A stretch of DNA of 63,025 nucleotides, filler included, from Nemertoderma westbladi (taxonomy: Eukaryota > Animalia > Xenacoelomorpha): assembly GCA_032718475.1 (NCBI GenBank). It is 3 parts of 3 records of this genome, joined end to end, with 100 filler letters (N's around TTAATTAATTAA, not from the genome) between each part and the next. Parts side by side here need not be neighbours in the genome. Positions count along the whole stretch, not along the records: positions 1 to 23,641 come from JAUCBJ010006892.1; 2 more parts are not named here. The stretch is one strand, 5' to 3'. Under the pieces are notes generated by a model. That model saw nothing but the letters and a program-made list of their open reading frames with translations. It made no database searches and had not been told where the DNA came from. Each line of letters opens with the position of its first letter. Positions within the stretch are counted from its first letter, which is position 1. Shown in pieces: positions 1 to 11,374 of this stretch. The translations under genes and the position numbers were made by a program.

Positions 1-768
1 CTCACTTCCCTCACTTCTCTCACTTCCCCTCACTTCCCTCACTTCCCTCACTTCCCTCACTCACTCCCTCACTTCCCTCACTTCCCTCACTTCCCTCACT
101 CACTCCCTCTCTCACTCCCTCACTTCCCTCACTTCCCTCACTTCCCTCACTTCCCTCACTCACTCCCTCACTTCCCTCACTTCCCTCACTCACTCCCTCA
201 CTTCCCTCACTTCCCTCACTTCCCTCACTCACTCCCTCACTTCCCTCACTTCCCTCACTCACTCCCTCACTTCCCTCACTTCCCTCACTTCCCTCACTCA
301 CTCCCTCACTTCCCTCACTTCCCTCACTTCCCTCACTCACTCCCTCACTTCCCTCACTTCCCTCACTTCCCTCACTCACTCCCTCACTTCCCTCACTTCC
401 CTCACTTCCCTCACTCACTCCCTCACTCACTCCCTCACTTCCCTCACTTCCCTCACTTCCCTCACTCACTCCCTCACTTCCCTCACTTCCCTCACTCACT
501 CCCTCACTTCCCTCACTTCCCTCACTCACTCCCTCACTCACTCCCTCACTTCCCTCACTTCCCTCACTCACTCCCCTCACTCACTCCCTCACTTCCCTCA
601 CTTCCCTCACTCACTCCCTCACTTCCCTCACTTCCCTCACTCACTTCCCTCACTTCCCTCACTCACTCCCTCACTTCCCTCACTTCCCTCACTTCCCTCA
701 CTCACTCCCTCACTCACTCCCTCACTTCCCTCACTCACTCCCTCACTTCCCTCACTTCCCTCACTTCT
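1..768. repeat. Low-complexity tandem repeat of CTCACTTCC (9 bp) with CTCACTCACTCC (12 bp) variants
   Basis: Directly visible; begins before the window edge and ends at ...cacttctgt (~768). Confidence 0.97.
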
Positions 769-1139
769 GTATACTAGCTTTGACTCTCCCAGCTATAGTG
801 ATAGTATGCAACCTTGGGAGTTAATGTGCGGTCTTACGAGTAAATGTCAAGAGATTAGACTTCATGTTGCCTCCATTGATTCACTCTTCTTAACTTTATA
901 AAATAACTCCACCCTTATTTAAAGTTTTAAAAATTATGACTTAGTCGACTAATTTTCCAAAATATATTATAAAAACATATAATTTCTTGAATAAATAGAC
1001 CTAATAGTAATAAATATTGTTGGCAAATACATTTATAATACTAATATAATAATTAGGGATAAATAATCCTAATACTAATATAAATGTTATGGATAAATAG
1101 TCCTAATACTATTATGAAAGGAACTCAAACAAACAAATG

Positions 1140-2108
1140 TCAGTAGCGTCGTCCTGCGCGAGCAAATACTGTACGAGAGTTTGATGTTATAGGTCTTCGA
1201 AAATAAGTAAAAGCTGGTTGATTTTCTTTAATTTCATCTTCCTCATTAACCAACTGTTTCTTAATTTCATTCAATTGTTCATTCATTTTCAGTAATTTAC
1301 TTTTATTTCCCAGAACCTGTCTTAATATCTCTTCTCTATTTTCCTCATTTTCTTCCATTTGTTTAATAAATTTCCGTATTTGATTTTTGTTTCCTAATAT
1401 TTGTCTCAATATCTCTTCTTTATTTTCATCATTCTCTTCTAAATGTTTAATAATTTTCCGCAATTTATTCTTATTTCCAAGTAATTGTCTCAATATTTCC
1501 TTATTATTATCATTTTCATCATCTTCTTCACTTTCCTGACCTTCACTTTCTTCGTCCTCTTCATGACCTTCACTTTCTTCATCCTCTTTCTGACCTTCAC
1601 TTTCGTCATCCTCTTCCCCGCCTTCACTTTCTTCATCGTCTTCCTGACCTTCGCTTTCTTCATTCTCTTCCTGACCTTCGCTATCTTCACCCTCTTCCTG
1701 ACCTTCACTTTCTTCGTCATCTTCCTGACCTTCACTCTCTTCGTTCCCAACCTCACTCTCTTCAACTTCATCCTGACCCTCACTATTTTCATTCTCCATC
1801 TCATCGTCCTCTTCTTCTTCACTTTCCTCACTCAAATTTTCATCATTTTCTAGGGGTAACTGTTTTTGTATCCTTTTCAAAATATTCATAACTTTATGAA
1901 ATTTATTTTCTGTTGTCTGTTTTATCTTTAATATATCACGCTCAACTCTCTTTTTCTTTTCATCTTCACTAAAAATATCTTCGGATTTTTTAAATTTCTT
2001 TGGTAATGGATCCATTAGTTTATCCTTTCTATGTCTTTCCATATGACGAGATAGATTGTCTTGTCTCATTTCTTTATTACAAACCAAACATTTTTCATAA
2101 CTAGGCAT
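1140..2108 (-). CDS. 322-aa protein: N-terminal C2H2 zinc finger, acidic ESEGQE repeats, C-terminal coiled-coil repeats; probably mobile-element or virus derived
   Basis: Uninterrupted ATG-to-stop ORF; CLVC-x12-HMERH pattern; three (K/E)EILRQ(L/I/V)LGNK repeats; single exon, AT-rich. Confidence 0.7.
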   Translation of the reverse strand: MPSYEKCLVCNKEMRQDNLSRHMERHRKDKLMDPLPKKFKKSEDIFSEDEKKKRVERDILKIKQTTENKFHKVMNILKRIQKQLPLENDENLSEESEEEEDDEMENENSEGQDEVEESEVGNEESEGQEDDEESEGQEEGEDSEGQEENEESEGQEDDEESEGGEEDDESEGQKEDEESEGHEEDEESEGQESEEDDENDNNKEILRQLLGNKNKLRKIIKHLEENDENKEEILRQILGNKNQIRKFIKQMEENEENREEILRQVLGNKSKLLKMNEQLNEIKKQLVNEEDEIKENQPAFTYFRRPITSNSRTVFARAGRRY

Positions 2109-2848
2109 TATATAGCAATGTCAATTGATATTATGAGTTTTCGATAAATGATTTTACATAATTTTAAATAAATAAAACTTTTATGAAAATAAATAAAACT
2201 TTTAAAAATAAAAATTAGAGAATGAATGGGAATGCGGTGACTGGGGGCTTTTATAGAGGGAGGTTAGAATGGAGTTGTGAAAGAAGAATAATCTATTGCA
2301 AGAGCAGATGTTTATTATAATTTCTTGGACGAATTGATGTAATAACGAAGCTGAAGGTTTGAATAATTAAAGCTCTGTGGCATGCCCCATTCACGCAGGC
2401 CCCATTCACGCATTGATGTTTGGGTTAGTCATGCTATAGTTAATAAGAGCCCAAACAGCCACAGATTATTGAGGGATGACTCAGGGCCAAACTGGGCCGC
2501 ACAGTGCCTATTGTATTGTATATTTCGTTTGTTATAGTACAATTTATTCATCTCGCGTCCCTATCTGATTGATTTGTATCAAATTAAATTGCCTTTGGCA
2601 ACATTATTTGATACGAATCGATTGATTAAACAATTAATTAATTGTTTAATCGACCAATTAATTAATTGATTAATTAATTAATGACCTACTTAACACCCAA
2701 GGTGTGAAGTGGGACTAAACTGTCGCCGAGAGTGGCATACTATTACTACTTACAGAGTTTGCATTATATGTGGCTATCTTCATAATTGGTTAATTAATTA
2801 GGTAGGCCCTATATGAAGATTACTTATCTAAAGATTACTTATCACTCA

Positions 2849-3815
2849 CTAAATACCTATCTGCTACCCAAAGGAAGGAGTGAGCGCTAAATACCTCTCT
2901 GCTACCCAAAGGAAGGAGTGAGCGCTAAATACCTCTCTGCTACCCAAAGGAAGGAGTGGGCGCTAAATACCTATCTGCTACCCAAAGGATGGAGTGGGCG
3001 CTAAAAACCTATCTGCTACCCAAAGGAAGGAGTGGGCGCTAAACACATATCTGCTACAGTACCCAAAGGAAGGAGTTGGCGCTAAACACCTATCTGCTAC
3101 CCAAAGGAAGGAGTGAGCGCTAAATACCTCTCTGCTACCCAAAGGAAGGAGTGGGCGCTAAATACCTATCTGCTACCCAAAGGAAGGAGTGGGCGCTAAA
3201 TACCTATCTGCTACCCAAAGGAAGGAGTGGGCGCTAAACACCTATCTGCTACCCAAAGGAAGGAGTGGGCGCTAAACACCTATCTGCTACCCAAAGGAAG
3301 GAGTTGGCGCTAAACACCTATCTGCTACCCAAAGGAAGGAGTGGGCGCTAAATACCTATCTGCTACCCAAAGGAAGGAGTGGGCGCTAAAAACCTATCTG
3401 CTACCCAAAGGAAGGAGTTGGCGCTAAACACCTATCTGCTACCCAAAGGAAGGAGTGGGCGCTAAACACCTATCTGCTACCCAAATGAAGGAATGGATGC
3501 TAAATACCTATCTGCTACCCAAAGGATGGAGTGGGCGCTAAACACCTATCTGTTACCCAAAGGAAGGAGTGGCCGCTAAACACCTATCTGCTATCCAAAG
3601 GAAGGAGTGGGCGCTAAACACCTATCTGCTACCCAAATGAAGGAATGGATGCTAAATACCTATCTGCTACCCAAAGGATGGAGTGGGCGCTAAACACCTA
3701 TCTGTTACCCAAAGGAAGGAGTGGCCGCTAAACACCTATCTGTTACCCAAAGGAAGGAGTGGCCGCTAAACACCTATCTGCTACCCAAAGGAAGGAGTGG
3801 GCGATAAATACATAT
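2849..3815. repeat. 38-bp satellite, left part (~25 units)
   Basis: Unit CTAAA(C/T)ACCTATCTGCTACCCAAAGGAAGGAGTGGGCG; interrupted by a LINE at 3816. Confidence 0.97.
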
Positions 3816-4033
3816 TATTATTTATTTATCGCGCCAATTGCGCGCAAGCGCTAGTCAAGCTAGCATTTATTTGAATTAACAGTAAAAATGAAATAAAATA
3901 TGTACAAAAATTACACAAAACCAGGGGAACAACCCTAGAAACAACGATGCGAGTAAAAACCAGTTACACTATATAATTCGCTGGCAACAATCTACCAGTT
4001 TATTGACATTATTGTTTGTGGATCTGGGACACA

Positions 4034-5917
4034 CTACCGTTTATGTACATTAAAAAAATTTAGAATACGATCATGTTTCAAGGTTATTGGCAATGAAGAG
4101 TTGTAACATTCTACTATAAAATTCCGTGCAATGCACTGTTGGTTGGTGAGAGAGTTCAGATATATTCTTCCCAAAAGTGATACTTTGCTGTATCTGTAGG
4201 TTAAAAGTGATGAGAGTTTCGGCAGAGGATAATGGAGTGTCGATTTAACATACGTAGAAAAAATCCCAGCGTATTTGTTTGACGCGTTACTGGTTAGTCC
4301 GAGGTAAGTGAGGGAAGATTGTATCAGCACGTCGGTTGGGCAGTCTCTCATCCGTAAGATTGCCCCGAGATTGTGCCTAAACAGTTCACAGGATAATGGA
4401 CGACAGTCCAATAAATTGTAGATGATCAAATTGTCCACATATGGGCCTAAGTGAGTGACACTACGCAGCGCTTTCCTGTACGAGATATCGAGTTTTTCTA
4501 ATTCCTCTTTTGTCATCATTCCGATCGTGTACTTTAGAGAATGTATGAGTGATGGTAGTGCAACAAGGCGCCACAGGTGCCCTACAGTTTGGCAACTCAG
4601 ATGACGTGTAGTCAAACCACGACGATGAAAGGCATCGGCTAGTCTTGTAGTTGACTGTACGATTTCGTTGAGGACTTGCGAACCAGATGTTCTTGGCAGT
4701 TTATAGCCAAGAAAGCAGATAAACGGATCAGCTAATATCAAGTTTTGTTTAATGTTGAGGAACAGTGGCACTGAACTTTCAGGTTGATTTTTACCCAATA
4801 TGTATGTCCAGATTGTCTTTGATTGCTCAATATTTAATTTGATTTCACCAAGCTTTGTATTAACTTAACTTATCATATGTTCTAATTCTGCTATGGATTT
4901 CCCAAATATGAGAATATCGTCGGCATAAGCAATTATTTGAAACCATAGATTAATAAGGTTGGAGCTGTCACCCGGTGTCTCAAATGTGGATAAAACGCAC
5001 CCTGTATAAATATTGAAGAATATCGGGGATAGAAGGGACCCCTGTTTAATGCCAGTTATGAGTTTGATGCCCTCTAAGTCAATACAGTCACCGCATTTAA
5101 GAAACCCCACGGTGTGAGGGTAGTAGCTGATAAGCACTAGGCAAATATGCGGATTAATATGCTTGGATAACTCATTGAACAAAATTACATAATCTACATT
5201 GTCGAAGGCACTTTGTATGTCGAGCTGGCAGACGTATATTGTTTGGCCGATTTGTCTCTGATGGTTTAAAAATTCCAGAATAGATGCTATGATAAGATCC
5301 GTACCAATCTTAGCCTGGTAGGCCAGCTGGGCCTTCGGTATCAGCTGGTATAGTGCTGGGAAGCATTCATGTAGTATAACTCCTTCGAGAATCTTTCCGA
5401 AAATGCAAATTGTGGATATTGGTCTATATGATCTAGATGAAAGTACTGGTCGATTCTTTCCTTTATAAATATTGGTTATTAGAGTATTCCCAAACAAAAC
5501 TGGGATATCTCCTAATCTGAGACATACATTGAACATGTCAGCTATTAATGACGTGGCAAATTCTTTATTTAAACACAATAAATGCTCTAGAACTAGACCG
5601 GAAGCATCTGGTGATTTGCCACGCGCTAGAGATTCCAATGCACGTTCAACAGTTCTAGGAGAAATAATGGGTGGAATGGTTGTGGTACAGGTTTCTTGTA
5701 TATTCGCTTTGAGTATGTTGAGCTCATCCTTGAGTTTGAGATCAGGATTGTTATTGTTTTTCATCTCTTCCTTAATAACGGATTGAGCTTTTTCCGAAGC
5801 TATTAGCTTATCTTTGCTATTGAAGTAGTTCCAGAATCTCCGCGGGTTGTTGTGCATTAGTCCAGCTTCCTTTTTGACTTTTGTGGCCAGTGCACTCTTT
5901 GCAAGAACGTTTTTCAA
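4034..5917 (-). pseudogene. LINE ORF2 reverse transcriptase and C-terminal region (disrupted)
   Basis: Motifs YRPIS, LDIQSAFDNV, GIKQGSLLSP, YADD; broken by a stop or frameshift near 4865. Confidence 0.92.
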
Positions 5918-6067
5918 GCGTCTAATTGATCGGCGAGATTCGTTATATTATGCTGGGTTGTATATACTAGACTCATTCTTGTTATCATTGCTCCATAAGT
6001 CATATAGTTGACTGCAGGTTCTGATACGGCTCTTTAGTGCCGTATCAGGCACTAAAGCCTGATTTTT

Positions 6068-6430
6068 GTGGCCGTGAGCGGCCAAAAGTTTGTTTTTTGT
6101 AATCTATTTTTTTTGTTCACCCGACTTTTGTAAACTCGTTCGAACGACTTTACAAAACTCGGGAAAACAAATCTAATTGGCTGGAGTGGTTTCTATACCA
6201 ACAAACATCCAATCAAGTTTGTTTCCCCGACTTTTGCAAACTCGTTCGAACGACTTTACAAAACTCAGGAAAACAAAAGTTTGTTTTTTGTAATCTTTTT
6301 TTTTTGTTCACCCGACTTTTGTAAACTCGTTCGAACAACTTTACAAAACTCGGGAAAACAAATCTAATTGGCTGGAGTGGTTTCTATACCAACAAACATC
6401 CAATCAAGTTTGTTTCGGGAAAACAAACGT
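6068..6430 (+). repeat. Left TIR/subterminal repeat array of the IS3EU element
   Basis: Repeated quasi-palindrome TTTTGTAAACTCGTTCGAACGACTTTACAAAA and AATCTAATTGGCTGGAGTGG blocks. Confidence 0.9.
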
Positions 6431-6714
6431 AATTGGTTGGTTAGTGAATTTCCAAAATATATTAGTTGCTCCTGTCTCCCTAACAACCAATGAACTAATA
6501 CACGAAGTAGGTTTAATTGGCGTGGGAAAATTAACATGATATACTTCTTTGTTACTACAGGTTTAGGTTCATTTATGTTAAACTAATACTAAGGAGCAGT
6601 TGTTTCTGAAGGCCTACTGTATGTATCTGTACTGTAGGCAATCTCAGTATGAGTGTTGACGGCCTAATGTGTTGTGCGGTATATTTGTGGGGATCCTATT
6701 AGCATACCTCTGTT

Positions 6715-9161
6715 ATGTCCAGTAGTAATTCCTCAGTTACATCTGAAATTTCTGATCTGGAGGACTTCCAAAAGGAAAGAAAGAAGCGACTGAATGCGTT
6801 AATTGAACGTGTCCGATCTCATAAGCGATACAAGAAGCCCAAGTCGCCTAAAACAAGAACCGTTAAAGCCCATCATAAAACTATAGACAATTATCAGGGG
6901 AATATAAATGCGTGTCGTTCTACCCGTAACATAGAAATTGGATGGAAAGTTTGTCAGAATAACGATTTTATTCAAATTAGAACTTCTAAAGGTGGTGGGA
7001 CTCGAAGTATCCGATTTGATAAACAATCTACGATCCGTAATGTTTTGACCACTGGCATCGACCTATTTTATCCAAATGGCGAAAATTCATTCGGAAGGAG
7101 AGAAAACTTCGAATATCATTTAATGGACTGGGCCAATAATGTTTGCAGTGAAGAAGACTTAAATAAAACTGTAGCTGAATATTACACTCGAACTGGATTT
7201 AAAACTTTGAGGTTTTACGTAGGTTCGCGTTACCAAGAACCTGTCACCAGTGCGACTGAACATACAGCAGGAATGAGTAGTCAAGATCGCAACCCCACAA
7301 CAACCCATGATAATGATGCAAATCGTGGGATCCTTGGTGTAAATGAATCTGTTGCTGTTACACCAACACCGGAAGATTGGGCTGAACCAATTCCGTTAAC
7401 GATCAACAACCAAAGTGATATTGAAGAAGTTTATAGATCGACAGCAACTGCTGGTAGTAGTTCATACGATTTCCGTCCACGCGATACTGTGCGGGCTCCA
7501 CATCGTTTTGGATTTGATGAAAGGGGGGTAAACTTTAAGCCGTCGGCCGACTGCATTAGCTGACACCATGTCAGCCGACAGCTATTCCGGATTTCCGAAA
7601 CAAACACCCCCCCCCCCCCCCCCCACCCCACCCCCACCGAGTTACTTACGCTAGGGTCAGTAATAATATATTTTATTACTGACACGAGGGTAAATAATGA
7701 GGAAAATAACTCAAAATGCGGGTAATAAATTTGTTGTCAACCTACTGTATTTTTCGCCTAATAAACCAAATCTTATGGGTCGGTTAACATTTCTAAGCGG
7801 GCTTACTTAGCTGTGGGAGGGGGGGGGGGGGAGATAAAAATGGGGCTTGGTATTTTTGGGGGAATTTGGAGTCCTCCCATTAAACTGAATTAATTAAACC
7901 TATAGCACATGGTACCATGTTGCAGGGTTTGAGTGTGGGAGAGGATATCTTATCTTTTAGTTATTTATTTATCTTCTTATTTTTATTATTTTTTGAAAAC
8001 AATAATTTACCGGATTTACAGTTATAAAGTTAAAAATTATCAAAATAGACGGCTGTCGGCTTAATGTTTACACCCTATTGTATGAAAGCATTGAACCAAT
8101 AATTGACAATGATAGTGATACAGACGCCCAAATCGCTTATGACCCTAATGAGTTTTTACTTAAACAAGAAAACCTGACAATCAACCGCACTACTATTTTT
8201 AAAGATATGATCGAGTTTTTTAAGCACGAGGGAATTATAGATGTGCCCTTGACGGTAAAGTTCGTAGATGAGATTGGGGCTTGAAGGAATCTCGAGAGAC
8301 CCTTATACTGGATTCTGGGAGGAGTTTTTTGACCAAGTGGCTGACGGTGAAAATTACAGAGTACCTGCACTTTGCCCAGAATTTCAGCAGGAAGAATGGA
8401 AAAGTGTTGGTCGAATATTAGTTAAAGGCTTTAAAGATTGTGGCTTTTTCCCTTTAATGTTGGCACCAGCATTTGTAATTGCTACTATTCACGGTGAAGA
8501 TGCTGTAACTAATGAAATACTTTTAGATTCATTCTGCTCATATCTGTCACCTTCTGATAATGATGTAATACAACAAGCCCTTAATTCCACATTAAATGAT
8601 GATGAACAGGATGAATTATCCGATATTTTAGAACGTTTCGGATACCATTCAGTGATACCTAGTCAAGAAAACATGAAATCAGTAATTATTCAGTCTGCAC
8701 ACAAGCAACTTATTCAACAGAGTAGTTACGCGTCTGAGATGATTTCTACTGTAGCTCGGAGCTTCTTTATCAATGAATTACCCCTTGTAGAATCTATAAA
8801 TTCGCTATATGAATCAAAGAAAGCAACAATTCACTCAGTCCTAGGGCTATTTTCAACTACTATACCATCTACTGAATGTGAGAGCCGATGTTTTAAATTT
8901 TTTCAACAATTTATACGGGCTCAGGATGGTAAAGGTTTAAGAGCCTTACTGAGATTTATGACCGGCTCCGACATTGTTAGTGTTAAAGTGATTTCTATAG
9001 AATTCGTGAAATTAGATGGGGCTGCCAGGCGACCAATAGCGCGTACTTGTGGCCCCGTACTTGTGTTGCCAACGACATATCGATATTACCGCCAGTTGAG
9101 GCAGGAGTTTGAATGCATACTTAAAAACTCACAGGAAACTTTTAAGTTCAATATTATTTAG
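6715..9161 (+). pseudogene. Transposon-borne HECT-domain E3 ubiquitin ligase (G2E3-like HECT); probable intron ~7528-8048 and a frameshift at ~8280
   Basis: N-terminal ORF 6715-7563 (IEIGW...GGGTR...LFYPNG); HECT N-lobe V.FVDEIGA/..EGISRD..TGFWEEF; C-lobe LLRFMTGS...RRPIARTCGPVLVLPTTY with the catalytic Cys in a PxAxTC motif close to the C-terminus. Confidence 0.85.
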
Positions 9162-9221
9162 AATTTGTGATTTATGTACACCTACTGTATATGTACGTAG
9201 GTATTTCCAGCAGTTTGTGGG

Positions 9222-9383
9222 TGTTTACAGTACCGGTAGTTTATAGAAGTTTACAGTAGTTTATAGATGTTTACAGTAGTTTATAAAAGTTTACAGTAGT
9301 TTATAGATGTTTACAGTAGTTTATAGAAGTTTACAGTAGTTTATAGATGTTTACAGTAGTTTATAGATGTTTACAGTAGTTTA
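9222..9383. repeat. 20-bp minisatellite GTTTACAGTAGTTTATAGA(A/T), ~8 copies
   Basis: Directly visible downstream of the HECT stop codon. Confidence 0.9.
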
Positions 9384-9538
9384 TTCATGGTTGCAATGTT
9401 TGTTTTGTCTAGTAAAGATTAAAAAAGTCGTTATCCGTGAAACACTTACTTACCTTCTTTAATAAATTTGACTTGGAATATTAATTAAGAACAATTATTA
9501 CAATTAATAATTAGTTATTATTATTAATTAGTAGCAAA

Positions 9539-9826
9539 TGTGCTCTCTGTTTTTCAGGATTCAAAAATAACGATAATACCATTTTATGCGCGGTGTGTAG
9601 AAACAGTTATCACCAGCAGTGTGGAACTTGCCTGGCATATGGAGAAACCGCAGAGCTTGAACAGTCTCAGTTTTTTACGAGTCACTACTGCATTTTTTGT
9701 TTACAAGGGATTTTTCCTTTTAGCGATATTCCGTCTAACGACTATGATATTTTCGGAATTTCCGACGATTTATACTTGCTCAACGAAAATGCTGATAATC
9801 CTAGTTTTGCTACTATCTACTATTGA
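9539..9826 (+). pseudogene. PHD-finger fragment (C4HC3) resembling the N-terminus of CR1/L2-type LINE proteins
   Basis: Frame reads CALC-x11-CAVC-x4-H-x2-C...CIFC followed by the FPF motif; no ATG; AT-rich borders. Confidence 0.65.
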
Positions 9827-9849
9827 TTGAGTTATTATTAATTAATAAG

Positions 9850-10553
9850 TTATTATAGAATTATTTCGCCTTGAATCGTTACAACTCGACCGCAGTTCTT
9901 TGTGGAGGCGTTTAATAATAACATTTTCGGTTCCGGCATCAACTCTAATTAAGTAAGGGAGCCGGCCGCATTCTTTAAGAAAAAACAACAATTTTAGGAT
10001 CGTTGTTACTCGGCAAGACATTTAACCAGAGTACTCTCCTTGAGAACCCGTCTATTGCCCCATGAATTGGAAAGCCGTAGGGCTTTAACTTATCATATCC
10101 ATCAACATGAACCGTGTGATTAGAACCTTTAGAATGGTATCGCGTACGTCGATGAAGTGTTTTTCGTAAGCGAGATTTTACGCCTTCAGGATCTACATAT
10201 TTCAAAATAAGTCTAACAGTTTCCTTAGAGACATTAATAAACGATCTGGACCATAATCTTTTACAAATTGATCGGTATCCACAATTTATACCACCGTACT
10301 CAAAAATTTTCACCAATATTCCGGATAATATTTCCTCAAACGAAGTATCGTAATCTCTACTGTGGAGATTCATATTGGCTTTATATCTTCGTACTGATCT
10401 TTCGGATAGAGCAATATTATGAACCGAGTTTAACATAGAGGCTGTCTCCTTAGCGGTGAATTGGAAATAGAAATAGACAGTTATCAAATCATTTACAGAA
10501 AATCTGTTACAGCCTTCAGAAAATGTAAAAGGAAGATAATTATTTTGAGACAT
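9850..10553 (-). pseudogene. IS3EU rve/DDE transposase, frameshifted and 3'-deleted
   Basis: HTH-like N-terminus; CGYRSI; VHVDGYDKLKPYGFPIHGAIDGFSRRVLWL (first D); after a frameshift at ~9975, GRLPYLIRVDAGTEN (second D); the catalytic E segment is missing. Confidence 0.85.
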
Positions 10554-10744
10554 TTTAAGTAATATTCTAATAATGAGACAATTCAAATGCAGAATATGTT
10601 CAACTCAAAACTGTAATCGGCCTGGCTACCACATCGAATCTTTTTTAAATTGCCCACATTAATATTAATTCACAGGTACTATTTACCGATTCGATAAAAA
10701 AAGGTGATCAAGGATACTGCAGCTTCAGTCTGATTGGCTTATTT

Positions 10745-11374
10745 ATAGAAACAAACTTGATTTGATGTTTGTTGGTAGAGAAACCACTCCAGCCAATTAG
10801 ATTTGTTTCCCTGAGTTTTGTAAAGTCGTTCGAACGAGTTTGCAAAAGTCGGGAGAACAAAAAAAAGATTACAAAAAACAAACTTTTGTTTTCCCGAGTT
10901 TTGTAAAGTCGTTCGAACGAGTTTACAAAAGTCGGGTGAACAAAAAAAAAAGATTACAAAAAACAAACTTTTGTTTTCCTGAGTTTTGTAAAGTCGTTCG
11001 AACGAGTTTGCAAAAGTCGGGGAAACAAACTTGATTGGATGTTTGTTGGTATAGAAACCACTCCAGCCAATTAGATTTGTTTTCCCGAGTTTTGTAAAGT
11101 CGTTCGAACGAGTTTACAAAAGTCGGGTGAACAAAAAAAAAAGATTACAAAAAACAAACTTTTGTTTTCCTGAGTTTTGTAAAGTCGTTCGAACGAGTTT
11201 GCAAAAGTCGGGGAAACAAACTTGATTGGATGTTTGTTGGTATAGAAACCACTCCAGCCAATTAGATTTGTTTTCCCGAGTTTTGTAAAGTCGTTCGAAC
11301 GAGTTTACAAAAGTCGGGTGAACAAAAAAAAAAGATTACAAAAAACAAACTTTTGGCCGCTCAGGGCCACCATA
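10745..11374 (-). repeat. Right TIR/subterminal repeat array of the IS3EU element
   Basis: Reverse complement of the 6068-6430 blocks, with more copies. Confidence 0.9.

Larger units (their letters stand above)
1..2750. mobile_element. Possible right arm of a Polinton/Maverick-like element
   Basis: Region ends in ...ACTATTACTACT at 2750 (reverse complement AGTAGTAATAGT, the short tandem AGT terminus typical of protein-primed Polintons); AT palindromes at ~2575-2680; intronless C2H2 ORF inside. No pPolB, integrase or capsid in the window. Confidence 0.3.
6068..11374. mobile_element. IS3EU-type DNA transposon with long repeat-rich TIRs, carrying a transposase and a HECT E3 ligase gene
   Basis: Inverted ends GTGGCC(G/C)TGAGCGGCCAAAAGTTTGTTTTTTGTAATC; the right end reads TATGGTGGCC from outside (TAY terminus of IS3EU); rve-type transposase; interrupts the LINE ORF2 linker. 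The left end lacks its first 4 nt and no TSD is visible. Confidence 0.82.

Noticed and set aside
20-580. 186-aa SEG-repeat ORF
   Set aside because: Translation of a stop-free 9/12-bp simple repeat with no true ATG; similarity to the ESEG repeats of the neighbouring ORF is probably coincidental.
1485-1853. Hydrophobic and basic ORFs overlapping the C2H2 gene
   Set aside because: Antisense and alternate-frame shadows of the acidic repeat.
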